NCBI GenBank assembly: GCA_040289515.1
Contig: PSLI01000004.1
Coordinates: 1 to 64,000 of the forward strand
DNA from: Candidatus Sysuimicrobiota bacterium
Lineage (GTDB): Bacteria; Sysuimicrobiota; Sysuimicrobiia; Sysuimicrobiales; Sysuimicrobiaceae
Length of the DNA: 64,000 bases
Direction of reading: 5' to 3'
Position numbers and translations under genes: made by a program. Position 1 is the stretch's first letter. Each line of letters starts with the position of its first letter. Below are positions 37,943 to 45,999 of this stretch, in pieces. The notes beneath the pieces were generated by a model that did no database searches, was not told the origin of the DNA, and worked only from the letters and a program-made list of their open reading frames with translations.

Positions 37943-39118
37943 GTGTACCGACGGCTGCTTTTGAGCCTGCAGAGCGCCACCCTGAGGCTGGACACCGTCC
38001 TAAACCGCGTCCTGCCCCAGGACTTCAACCCCCTGTACTACACGGGCGGGCTTGCGAACCTGTTCCTCACCATCCTGGTGGTGTCGGGGATCCTCATTTT
38101 CCTGTACTACGAGCCCAGCCTGGAGGGCGCGTACGCCTCCGTGGAGTTCCTGACCCGGGACGTGCCCTACGGGGTGGTGTTCCGGGGGATCCACCGGTAC
38201 GCCGCGGACGCCTACATGGTGGCGATCCTGCTGCACCTGTTCCGCAACTGGTTCACGGACCGCTACCGGGAGGCGCGGGACAGCCAGTGGCTGTCGGGCA
38301 TGTTCCTGCTGGTGGTCTCGGGCTTTGCGGGCTTCACGGGCTACCTGCTGGTGTGGGACGAGCGAGCCCAGCTGCTTACAAGCCTCACGGCGCAGGCCCT
38401 ACGGTCGGTGCCCCTGGTGGGAGGCTGGCTGGCCCGGGTGTTCCTGGGCGGGCCGGGTGTGAGCGACACGACCCTGTCCCGGTTCCTGTACCTGCATGTG
38501 GGGCCCGCCATGACCGTGTACGTGCTCCTGTGGTGGCACTACGTACGCCTGCGCCACCCCAAGATCTGGCCTCCCGCGGTGTGGGTGCTGTTCAGCCTGG
38601 GCCTGCTGTTCATCCTCGCCTCCGCGCTGCCCGCGGCCAGCGGCCGTCCCGCGCAGCCGGGCGCGACCCCGGGGGGGTTCGCGGTGGATTGGTTCTTCCT
38701 CTGGCCGTACGTGCTCGCCCGGTGGCTGGCGCCAGCCTGGGCCATGGTCCTGGTGGGAGCCCTTGTGGCGTACGGCATGGTCATCCCCTACACCCTACGG
38801 GAGACGCCCGAGCAGCGCGGCCTGCGGGCCCTGGGCCAGGCGGTGGTGGTGGAGGAGAACTGCACCGGCTGCGAGCTGTGCTACTACGACTGCCCGTACA
38901 ACGCCATCTACATGGTACCCAGTCCCTACCCCGGCAAGAGCCGGGCCGCGGCCAACCGCAAGCTGCTGGCGGTGGTGGTGGACTCCCGGTGTGTGGAGTG
39001 CGGGATCTGCATCGGCGCCTGCCCGTTCGAGGCGCTGGAGCTGCCCAGGATGCTGGAAAAGGACGTGCAGCAGAGAATCCGGCGGGGCGCCCAGGTGGAG
39101 GCGCCCGTCCCTTCGTGA
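37943..39118 (+). CDS. Second cytochrome b fused to a C-terminal 2x[4Fe-4S] ferredoxin domain
   Basis: Four His (38192, 38234, 38495, 38537); VDWFFL; CTGCELCYYDCP and CVECGICIGACP. Confidence 0.92.
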   Translation: MYRRLLLSLQSATLRLDTVLNRVLPQDFNPLYYTGGLANLFLTILVVSGILIFLYYEPSLEGAYASVEFLTRDVPYGVVFRGIHRYAADAYMVAILLHLFRNWFTDRYREARDSQWLSGMFLLVVSGFAGFTGYLLVWDERAQLLTSLTAQALRSVPLVGGWLARVFLGGPGVSDTTLSRFLYLHVGPAMTVYVLLWWHYVRLRHPKIWPPAVWVLFSLGLLFILASALPAASGRPAQPGATPGGFAVDWFFLWPYVLARWLAPAWAMVLVGALVAYGMVIPYTLRETPEQRGLRALGQAVVVEENCTGCELCYYDCPYNAIYMVPSPYPGKSRAAANRKLLAVVVDSRCVECGICIGACPFEALELPRMLEKDVQQRIRRGAQVEAPVPS

Positions 39119-39127
39119 GGCGCAGCC

Positions 39128-39562
39128 ATGGGGACAGCACCGGAGCGCACCCCGCAAGCCAATCCCCAAGGACCGGCGCGGGTGGTGGGGTTTTTGTGTG
39201 ACTGGGCGGTGCGCAGCGAGGGACTGCTGAACGCGGACGACACCCTGGTGGGCATGCCCCACGTGACCGTGATCCGGGTGCCCTGTTCCGGTTTCGTAAA
39301 GCCCGCGTGGCTGGAGCTGGCCCTGCGCAGTGGTGCTGCGGGCACCTTCGTGTGCGGGTGCCCCATGGGCGACTGCCTGAACCGGGAGGGTAACTGGATC
39401 ATGGAGGGCCGCATCGACCAGCTGCGCAAGCGGCTGAGCCGCCAGAAGGTGGATCCCGACCGGGTGGCCTTTTTCGCCTTCGGGCTGCACGAGCGGGAGG
39501 CCTTCCTTCAAGCCGTGGCGGAGTTCGTGAACAGGCTCGCCGGATCCGGAGGGAACCGGTGA
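39128..39562 (+). CDS. MvhD/FlpD-like [2Fe-2S] protein
   Basis: GFLCDW, IRVPCSG, GCPMGDC..REGN, V.P.RV pattern of MvhD. Confidence 0.85.
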   Translation: MGTAPERTPQANPQGPARVVGFLCDWAVRSEGLLNADDTLVGMPHVTVIRVPCSGFVKPAWLELALRSGAAGTFVCGCPMGDCLNREGNWIMEGRIDQLRKRLSRQKVDPDRVAFFAFGLHEREAFLQAVAEFVNRLAGSGGNR

Positions 39563-39675
39563 TGCGGTTCGGCCCGAAGCGGTGGAAGACGTACCTGTGG
39601 TACGTTGTCTTCTACCTCCTGTTCTTCGCCCTGCTCCTGTTCGTAGCCGCCTTCGGGTTGGTGGCGGAGGCGTAG
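39562..39675 (+). CDS. 37-aa single-TM protein (not in ORF track)
   Basis: MRFGPKRWKTYLWYVVFYLLFFALLLFVAAFGLVAEA; GGAGGG RBS, start overlaps previous stop. Confidence 0.7.
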   Translation: MRFGPKRWKTYLWYVVFYLLFFALLLFVAAFGLVAEA

Positions 39676-39689
39676 GGCGGGAGGGTCGC

Positions 39690-41084
39690 ATGCTGGTGTG
39701 GATGTTCACGGACGAGCGGTGGAGTTCTGCCCGCAGGTTCCTGTACGCGGGCACCCTGTGGGCGCTGGTGGCCCTGGCGTACGAGGCCCTGGCGGCCGCC
39801 CAGCGGGCGTGGCCGGCCCTGCTGTCGGAGTTTCCATGGGCTTCCCACGGGCGGGTGGTGGCCTTAAGCCACGACCTGTGGGTTTTCGGCTTTTTGTCCC
39901 AGCTGCTGGTGGCCTCGGCCCTGCGGGTGATGGGGCAGACGGACCGGGAGGGGATCTGGAGCGAGCCCGTAGCGCACCTGGCTGTTTGGCTGTGGAACCT
40001 AGCCCAGGCCCTGAGCTGGTGGTGGCTGTCGGTGGGCTGGACCCGGGGAAGGCCGCTGGCGGAGGCCCCGTGGCCGGTGGACGGGCTGCGTGTGCTGGCC
40101 GCTTTGGCGCTGTGGTGGGTGGTGCGCAACAGCCTGGTTCGGTCGTCCCGGCGGGAAGCTGGCTTGGCCCTGGTGGCGGTGGCCTTCGCGGGTCTGCCGC
40201 TGGTGCTGGTGCTGGGCAAGGGGCTGTTCTCGCCCTTCGACAACCCTTACCACGGCCTCCTGGACGCCCTGAGCCAGGCCTTCCTGCGGGCGGGCTTGGT
40301 GTGGCTGTGGCTAGTACCTCTGGCGGGCGGTGTGTCTTTGTACGTGCTGTCCGCCCTTACGGGCCGGCCGGGTCTGTCGGAGGGCATGGGCCTTTCGGCG
40401 GTGGTGGGGCTGGTGAGCTTTGGCGCCCTGGCGGGGCCTGCGGAGTTTGTATGGGGCCCGGTCCCCTTCTGGGTGCAGACCGTGGGCACCGTGGCGCGGG
40501 GCCTGCTGCTGCTGCCCGCGGCGACCCTCCTGGCCGGCGTGGTTCGGTCCCTGGACGGCCATTGGCGCAGCCTGGGGAACCACCCGGGCGTGGTGCTCAC
40601 CCTGGCGGGATGGCTCGCGGTGTTCTGCGGGGCGGCGGCGGACGCCCTCGCCTCCCTGGTGGGGCCCAGCCGGCTGGTGCACCTGTCCCTGTGGGGTGAG
40701 GGTGTTCGGGTGCTCCTGCTGACCGGCGCGGGTGCGGTGGCCGCCGGATGCGTGTACCTGTTGACCCCTCATGTGCTGGGCCGATCCCTGGTCAGCAGGG
40801 CTGCCGCGTGGCGCCACCTCTGGCTGGTGGTGGTGGGATGGTCGCTTTCCGCCCCCTTCCTTCTGCTGGGCGGGTTGGTGCAGGGTGCGGTGTGGGTCAC
40901 GGGCACAGTCCCCTTCGCGCACGCGGTGCAGGCCGTGCGGCCCTTGCTGGGGGGGGGCTTTGTGGGCCTGCTGGTGGCGTGGGCCGCGCAGGGAGTGTTC
41001 GCGTGGAATGTGTTCCTGACCGCGGACTCCGGGGAGCCCGTGCCCGCCGCAGAGCAGGAGCTGGCCGCGGTGGCGGGGTCCTGA
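39690..41084 (+). CDS. CcoN-like (cbb3 subunit I fold) membrane protein lacking heme/Cu histidines
   Basis: GR..L..VFGF, GRPLAE.PWPVD, G..DAL.Q, AGP, VP.W.Q, H...W landmarks of CcoN; ligand His positions replaced. Confidence 0.8.
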   Translation: MLVWMFTDERWSSARRFLYAGTLWALVALAYEALAAAQRAWPALLSEFPWASHGRVVALSHDLWVFGFLSQLLVASALRVMGQTDREGIWSEPVAHLAVWLWNLAQALSWWWLSVGWTRGRPLAEAPWPVDGLRVLAALALWWVVRNSLVRSSRREAGLALVAVAFAGLPLVLVLGKGLFSPFDNPYHGLLDALSQAFLRAGLVWLWLVPLAGGVSLYVLSALTGRPGLSEGMGLSAVVGLVSFGALAGPAEFVWGPVPFWVQTVGTVARGLLLLPAATLLAGVVRSLDGHWRSLGNHPGVVLTLAGWLAVFCGAAADALASLVGPSRLVHLSLWGEGVRVLLLTGAGAVAAGCVYLLTPHVLGRSLVSRAAAWRHLWLVVVGWSLSAPFLLLGGLVQGAVWVTGTVPFAHAVQAVRPLLGGGFVGLLVAWAAQGVFAWNVFLTADSGEPVPAAEQELAAVAGS

Positions 41085-41099
41085 GGTGCAGGAGGTGTC

Positions 41100-41561
41100 G
41101 TGGTGAGGGATCCCGTAGCGCACCTGGTGCGACTGGCGGTGGCGGCCGTGCTGTGCGGGTTCGTGGCCACCGTGCTCCTGCCAGCGTTGGACCCCGCGGT
41201 GCGCACGGCGCGGGCAGCGCCCCTGTCGGCGCAGGCGGCGCGGGGACGGTGGGTGTACGCCCGGGAGGGGTGTGCGGCCTGTCACACCCAGCAGGTGCGT
41301 ACGGTGGAGGCGGGGTTCGGCATGGTGCGCCGGAGGGGCGACGTGGGAGAGGCTTCCTCGCCAAGCCAGTACGCGGGGCAGGACCCGGCCCTGTTGGGGC
41401 GGCTGCGGATGGGGCCGGACCTGACGCACGTGGCCTCCCGTGCCTCCGCGGAAGAGCTGCGTTCGCTAGTTCGGTCCGGCACGGGAGGGATGCCCGCGTA
41501 CCGGCACCTGCCCGATCCGGAACTGGCGGACCTCGTGGCGTACCTGCTGACCCTGCGATAG
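41100..41561 (+). CDS. CcoO-like monoheme cytochrome c
   Basis: TM anchor; GR.VY.REGCAACHTQQVR, R.GPDL, MPAY. Confidence 0.88.
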   Translation: MVRDPVAHLVRLAVAAVLCGFVATVLLPALDPAVRTARAAPLSAQAARGRWVYAREGCAACHTQQVRTVEAGFGMVRRRGDVGEASSPSQYAGQDPALLGRLRMGPDLTHVASRASAEELRSLVRSGTGGMPAYRHLPDPELADLVAYLLTLR

Positions 41562-41569
41562 GAGGAAGG

Positions 41570-42109
41570 ATGGAGGCCCAAACGCCGCGACCGTCCCGCT
41601 GGCTGGCGCTGCTGTACGTGCTGCTGCCTCTGTGGGCAGTGACGTACCTGTTCGTGGCGGGAGGACTGGTGGCTCCGGAGGTCCGGCCGGTGGCCCGGAA
41701 CGTGGAGGGCGTCTCGGCGGGTGTCGGCGCGGCACCGGACGGGTCCGAGCAGGTGCTGGGGATCCTCGAGGTGGTGCCTGAGGACGCGCGGGACGACCAG
41801 CCGCCCCGTCCGGTTACCGCGGCCATGCTGGCGCAGGCGAAGGCACGGTACGACACCCTGTGCGCCGTCTGCCACGGCCCGGAAGGCCGGGGCGACGGCC
41901 CCGCGGGCGCGGCTCTTAACCCCAAGCCGGTCAACTTCCATTTCCGCGCTTTCCAGGAGCGCATGCCCGTGGGTGCCACGCACTGGGTGATCAAGAACGG
42001 CCTGGGTAACACCGCCCGCCGCAGCGGGATGCCCGCCTTTGGCCAGCTGCCTGACGACCAGATCTGGGCCCTGGTGGAGTACATACGGCGGCTGGGCCGC
42101 CGGCCATGA
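41570..42109 (+). CDS. Membrane-anchored monoheme cytochrome c (CcoP-like anchor)
   Basis: RWLALLY..LWAVTYL anchor; CAVCH, GMPAF. Confidence 0.88.
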   Translation: MEAQTPRPSRWLALLYVLLPLWAVTYLFVAGGLVAPEVRPVARNVEGVSAGVGAAPDGSEQVLGILEVVPEDARDDQPPRPVTAAMLAQAKARYDTLCAVCHGPEGRGDGPAGAALNPKPVNFHFRAFQERMPVGATHWVIKNGLGNTARRSGMPAFGQLPDDQIWALVEYIRRLGRRP

Positions 42110-43089
42110 GCGCTCCCGCCAACCCCGACGTGGCCCTGGCGTCCGCGTATGCACCGGTTCGGGAGGACTTGGAGCGCCTGCAGGCCCTCCTGCAGGAGGA
42201 GCTCGCGTCCCACGACCCCTTCCTGCGCGAGCTGGTGTCCCACGTGCTGCAGACGAGGGGCAAGATGGTGCGGCCGGCTCTGGCGTTCCTCTGCGCGCGG
42301 CTCGCGGGCGGAGGAGGCGCCCACCGGGACCTGGTGGCCGCGGCGGTGGAGCTCATCCACGTGGCCAGCCTGATCCACGACGACGTCATCGACGAGGCGG
42401 ACCGGCGCCGGGGCCAGGCCACCCCCAACGCCCGCTGGGGCAACCACGTGGCGGTGCTTCTGGGCGACTACCTGTTCAGCAAGGCTTTCCACCTCCTCAG
42501 CCGGGTGGGCCGGGACGACGTGGCCAGCCGGGTGGCGTTCGCCACCGTGCGCATGAGTCAGGCGGAGCTGCTGCAGGTGAAGTATGGCAGTACCCCCCAC
42601 ACGGACGAGTCGGTGTACTTCGCCATCGTGGAGGGGAAGACCGCCCAGCTGGTCTCCTCCGCGTGTGCGGGAGGGGTCCTGGTGGGCGGGGGTGACGGCG
42701 GCCTGGCGGATCGGCTTGGCACCTTTGGGCTGCACTGGGGAGTAGCCTTCCAGATCACCGACGACACCCTGGACCTCACCAGCGACCCGGAGGTCCTGGG
42801 CAAGCCCATCGGTAGCGACGTGCGGGGGGGCAAGGTCACCCTACCCCTCATCCACGCCCTGCGCCACGCGGACTCCCAAGACCGCCAGCGGCTGGAGGCT
42901 TGGATCCGCTTGGGGGAGCTGGAACCCTTGCGGCAGGCCCTGGAGCGGTCCGGATCCCTCGCCTACGCCCTGGAGGTGGCCCGGCAGCATGCCCGCAGGG
43001 CCCTGCGGATCCTGGACACCCTGCCCAGCAGCCCCGAACGCGACAGCCTCGCAGCCCTTACGGAGTTCGTGGTCTCCCGCCACCATTAG
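42106..43089 (+). CDS. Polyprenyl diphosphate synthase (HepT/IspB-like)
   Basis: GKMVRP, HDDVID..RRG, GKTA, FQITDDTLD. Confidence 0.93.
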   Translation: MSAPANPDVALASAYAPVREDLERLQALLQEELASHDPFLRELVSHVLQTRGKMVRPALAFLCARLAGGGGAHRDLVAAAVELIHVASLIHDDVIDEADRRRGQATPNARWGNHVAVLLGDYLFSKAFHLLSRVGRDDVASRVAFATVRMSQAELLQVKYGSTPHTDESVYFAIVEGKTAQLVSSACAGGVLVGGGDGGLADRLGTFGLHWGVAFQITDDTLDLTSDPEVLGKPIGSDVRGGKVTLPLIHALRHADSQDRQRLEAWIRLGELEPLRQALERSGSLAYALEVARQHARRALRILDTLPSSPERDSLAALTEFVVSRHH

Positions 43090-43133
43090 CGGCAGCTGGT
43101 GGAACGCCGGCGCCTCCGCTACACTGCCTGTCG

Positions 43134-44333
43134 GTGGACGGGCGCAGGTGGGTGCGGGTGCTCGCCGGGCCGCTGCGGAAGCTGCGGGAGGCCATGGTGT
43201 CCTTCGCCGTGGCCACTACCTCCCGGCACCTGGAGGCCAACCGAGACGCGGTGGTGCGCCGGTGGCGGGCGTGGCTCCATGGGCGGGCGGCGCGGTACGC
43301 GGAGCACCCCGACCTTGCGGAGCGCTGGGGTGCGCAGACAGTGGATCTCTTGGTGCGGGTGATGCGGGCCCAAGGCGAGGCGGAGGGTTCGGAAGCGCGG
43401 GACCGGGTGTTCGAGTACGCGCACCGCGTGGCCACTGAACAGCTGGCCCTGGGCTTCCGGCTGGAGGAGATCCTGCAGGCTTTGAGCCTGCTGCGCAGCA
43501 GCGTGTCCTGGCAGGTGCAGGTCATGTTGAGCCGGCGGCTGTGGGTGGCCTTCCCGCCCGACGTCATGCGGGCCACCCAGCGGGTCCACGAGGCCATCGA
43601 CCTGCAGATGCTGGCCATTGGGCAGGCGTACCTGGAGACCCGGGATCGGGTGATCCGCCAGAAGCAGCGGGACCTGGAGGAGAGCAACGCCAAGCTGCGG
43701 ACCCTGCTCCGGGAGATGCACCACCGGATCAAGAACAACCTGCAAACCCTGGCGGATCTTTTGTACCTGGAGACCCTGGGCGCGGAGGAACCCGCCCGCA
43801 GGAGCCTGCTGGACAGCATCGGCCGGGTGAAGAGCATCGCCGCAGTCCACCAGATGCTGTCCGCAGACCACATCGAGGCGGTGGAGGTGCGGCGGCTGGC
43901 GGAACGCATCGGGGAGATTCTGGGGCGGGACCTGACCCGCGGGGGCCGTGCGGTGCGCGTGGAGGTACGGGGTCCGGAGGTGTGGCTGCCCAGCAAGCAG
44001 GCCACCGCCCTGGCCCTGGTACTTACCGAGCTGCTGCACAACGCCACCGAGCACGCCTTCCCCCACGGCCGGGGCCGGGTGGCGGTGGAGCTGGGACGGG
44101 AGGCGGGTGAGGTGTGGGTGCGGGTGCGCGACGACGGTGTGGGGCTCCCTGCGGACTTCTCCGTGGAGCGGGACGGCCACCTGGGGCTGCGCATCGTGCA
44201 GGACCTGGTGAGCCGGGAGCTGCGGGGAACGTTCGCCCTGCGGTGCGAGGCTGGCACGGTGGCGGAGGTGCGGTTCCGGCCGCCGCAGGCGGGCGAGGGT
44301 GCGGAACGGGTGGTGGGGGAGGTGCGGGTGTGA
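43134..44333 (+). CDS. Soluble sensor histidine kinase (HisKA_2, PdtaS/EutW-like) with helical RsbRD_N-like input domain
   Basis: EMHHRIKNNLQ, ELLHNATEHAF, DDGVG, LGL.IV; no TM; start uncertain. Confidence 0.9.
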   Translation: MDGRRWVRVLAGPLRKLREAMVSFAVATTSRHLEANRDAVVRRWRAWLHGRAARYAEHPDLAERWGAQTVDLLVRVMRAQGEAEGSEARDRVFEYAHRVATEQLALGFRLEEILQALSLLRSSVSWQVQVMLSRRLWVAFPPDVMRATQRVHEAIDLQMLAIGQAYLETRDRVIRQKQRDLEESNAKLRTLLREMHHRIKNNLQTLADLLYLETLGAEEPARRSLLDSIGRVKSIAAVHQMLSADHIEAVEVRRLAERIGEILGRDLTRGGRAVRVEVRGPEVWLPSKQATALALVLTELLHNATEHAFPHGRGRVAVELGREAGEVWVRVRDDGVGLPADFSVERDGHLGLRIVQDLVSRELRGTFALRCEAGTVAEVRFRPPQAGEGAERVVGEVRV

Positions 44334-44911
44334 AGGACCGGCTGCGCATCCTCATCGCGGACGACGAGGCCATCCGCGTCATGACCTTGCGCACGCAGCT
44401 GCGGGCCCTGGGGTTTGAGGTGGTGGCGGAGGCCACCAACGGCCAGGAGGCGGTGGACCTGGCCGACCGCCACCAGCCGGATTTGGCCATCCTGGACATC
44501 AAGATGCCGGGGCTGGACGGGATCGCGGCCGCGCGGGAGATCACCGCCCGCCGCCCCGTCCCCGTGATCTTGCTCACCGCCTACAGCGAACCGGAGCTGG
44601 TGGAGCGGGCCACGGAGGCGGGGGTGTTCGCGTACCTGGTGAAGCCCGTGAGCGAGGAGGATCTGCTGCCCACCATCCTGCTGGCGCGGGCGCGGTTTGA
44701 GGAGTTCCGGCTGCTGCGCAGGGAGGTGGAGGACCTGCGGGAGGCCCTGGAGGCCCGGAAGATCATCGAGCGGGCCAAGGGGATCCTCATGAAGCGGCTG
44801 GGGATCAGCGAGGTGGAGGCCTTCCGCCGCATGCAGGTGCAGAGCCAGAAGGAGAACAAGAAGCTGGTGGAGATCGCGCGGGCCATCGTGACCGCCCACG
44901 GGGTGCTGTAG
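44330..44911 (+). CDS. ANTAR-domain response regulator (PdtaR/EutV-like)
   Basis: ADDE, LDIKMP, LTAY, YLVKP; RKIIERAKGILM..ISE.EAF. Confidence 0.95.
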   Translation: MKDRLRILIADDEAIRVMTLRTQLRALGFEVVAEATNGQEAVDLADRHQPDLAILDIKMPGLDGIAAAREITARRPVPVILLTAYSEPELVERATEAGVFAYLVKPVSEEDLLPTILLARARFEEFRLLRREVEDLREALEARKIIERAKGILMKRLGISEVEAFRRMQVQSQKENKKLVEIARAIVTAHGVL

Positions 44912-45324
44912 TGGAACCCTCCGGCAGCCAGGACAGGTGGGAGGCCCTGTTGGAGGACCTGGCCCGGGTGGTGCGGGCCCACGGGGAGCTCCTGCGGCTG
45001 GAAGGGCAGGCGGCCGTGCAGGACGTGGTCCGGGGTGGCCTGGGCCTGCTGGCCGGGCTGTCCGCGGCCGCGGGTGCCCTTCTGTTTTTGCCCGCGCTCC
45101 TGGCGCTGTTCCTGGCGAGGTGGCTGCAGCCGTGGGCGGCGGGGCTGGTGAGCTGGTGCGCGGTGGCGGCGGTGGCGCTAGGACTGAGCGCGTGGGGCTG
45201 GCGCAGGCTCCGCCGGCCTAAGCTGGCCCGGGTACGGGAGGTGCTTCAGGAGGATGCCCGGTGGATCCGCGAGTTGACCGCGTCTGTGCGGAGCTCCGGG
45301 CGGCCCGGCTCCGGGTCGCCCTGA
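44911..45324 (+). CDS. Holin-X/'phage holin family' 2-TM membrane protein
   Basis: L..E..L...E N-terminus, two TMs, P......L.ED..W C-terminus. Confidence 0.7.
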   Translation: MEPSGSQDRWEALLEDLARVVRAHGELLRLEGQAAVQDVVRGGLGLLAGLSAAAGALLFLPALLALFLARWLQPWAAGLVSWCAVAAVALGLSAWGWRRLRRPKLARVREVLQEDARWIRELTASVRSSGRPGSGSP

Positions 45325-45530
45325 GCCTATCGCAGCTGGTGGAGCAGGTGCGGGCCGGCCGCGGGCCAGCGCTACCCGACGGCGCCCTCGTGCTGGCGGG
45401 CGCGGTGGTGCTGGCCGCGGTGTTGCTGGCGAGCCTGTGGGAACGGCGGTACAATGCCACCGGAGGTGGCGGATGCCCTTCGGGATCGGGACGACCGAGC
45501 TTGTCATCATCCTCCTCATCGCCCTGTTGA
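45261..45530 (+). CDS. Possible small membrane protein (DUF3618-like partner of holin-X)
   Basis: Amphipathic helix + one TM; overlaps both neighbours. Confidence 0.35.
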   Translation: MDPRVDRVCAELRAARLRVALSLSQLVEQVRAGRGPALPDGALVLAGAVVLAAVLLASLWERRYNATGGGGCPSGSGRPSLSSSSSSPC

Positions 45531-45640
45531 TCTTCGGCCCCGCGCGCCTGGCTGGCATCGGGAGCTCCCTGGGGAAGGCTATCCGGGACTTTCGGAAGTC
45601 GGTCCGGGAAGAGGACTCCGACGAGGCGGCCAAGAAGTAG
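45473..45640 (+). CDS. tatA: Twin-arginine translocase TatA/E
   Basis: GTTELVIILLIALLIFGP.RL..G.SLGKAIRDFRK; GGAGG RBS. Confidence 0.95.
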   Translation: MPFGIGTTELVIILLIALLIFGPARLAGIGSSLGKAIRDFRKSVREEDSDEAAKK

Positions 45641-45691
45641 CGCGGGGCGCTGGAGGGGGAACTGGCGGGCGGCCGGTGGGGTGGTGGGCGG

Positions 45692-45952
45692 GTGACGCGA
45701 CGCAGCCGGCGGCCGTGGGGGGCGGTGCTGCTGGTGGTGCTGGCCGGGGGGATCCTTGGGCACGTGGTGGCCGAAGCCGCCTCCTCCGTGCCGGCGCTGG
45801 CGTTTCTGGCACGCTCCGTGGAGCCCGGCCTGGACCCGGCCCTGCACCTCGACCTGGGCCTTGTGACCTTCACCCTGGGCTTCACCGTACGCCTGAACCT
45901 CGCGGTGGTGCTCGGGGTGGTGTTCACCCTGTGGCTGTGGCGCTGGTTGTGA
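45692..45952 (+). CDS. DUF4321 membrane protein
   Basis: LDLGLVTFTLGFTVRLNL..VLG; usual position before radC. Confidence 0.8.
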   Translation: MTRRSRRPWGAVLLVVLAGGILGHVVAEAASSVPALAFLARSVEPGLDPALHLDLGLVTFTLGFTVRLNLAVVLGVVFTLWLWRWL

Positions 45953-45999
45953 GGGCTTGTGGTCGCAAAGCGGCTTTCGGGCACGTTTAATCGTACGGA

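Noticed and set aside
39128..39562. MvhD as evidence of hydrogenase or methanogenesis
   Set aside because: No NiFe large subunit or HdrABC in the window
39690..41084. Functional cbb3 oxidase or NO reductase call
   Set aside because: Metal-ligating histidines are absent
44911..45324. Holin as evidence of a prophage
   Set aside because: Holin-X-type family is commonly chromosomal; no phage genes nearby
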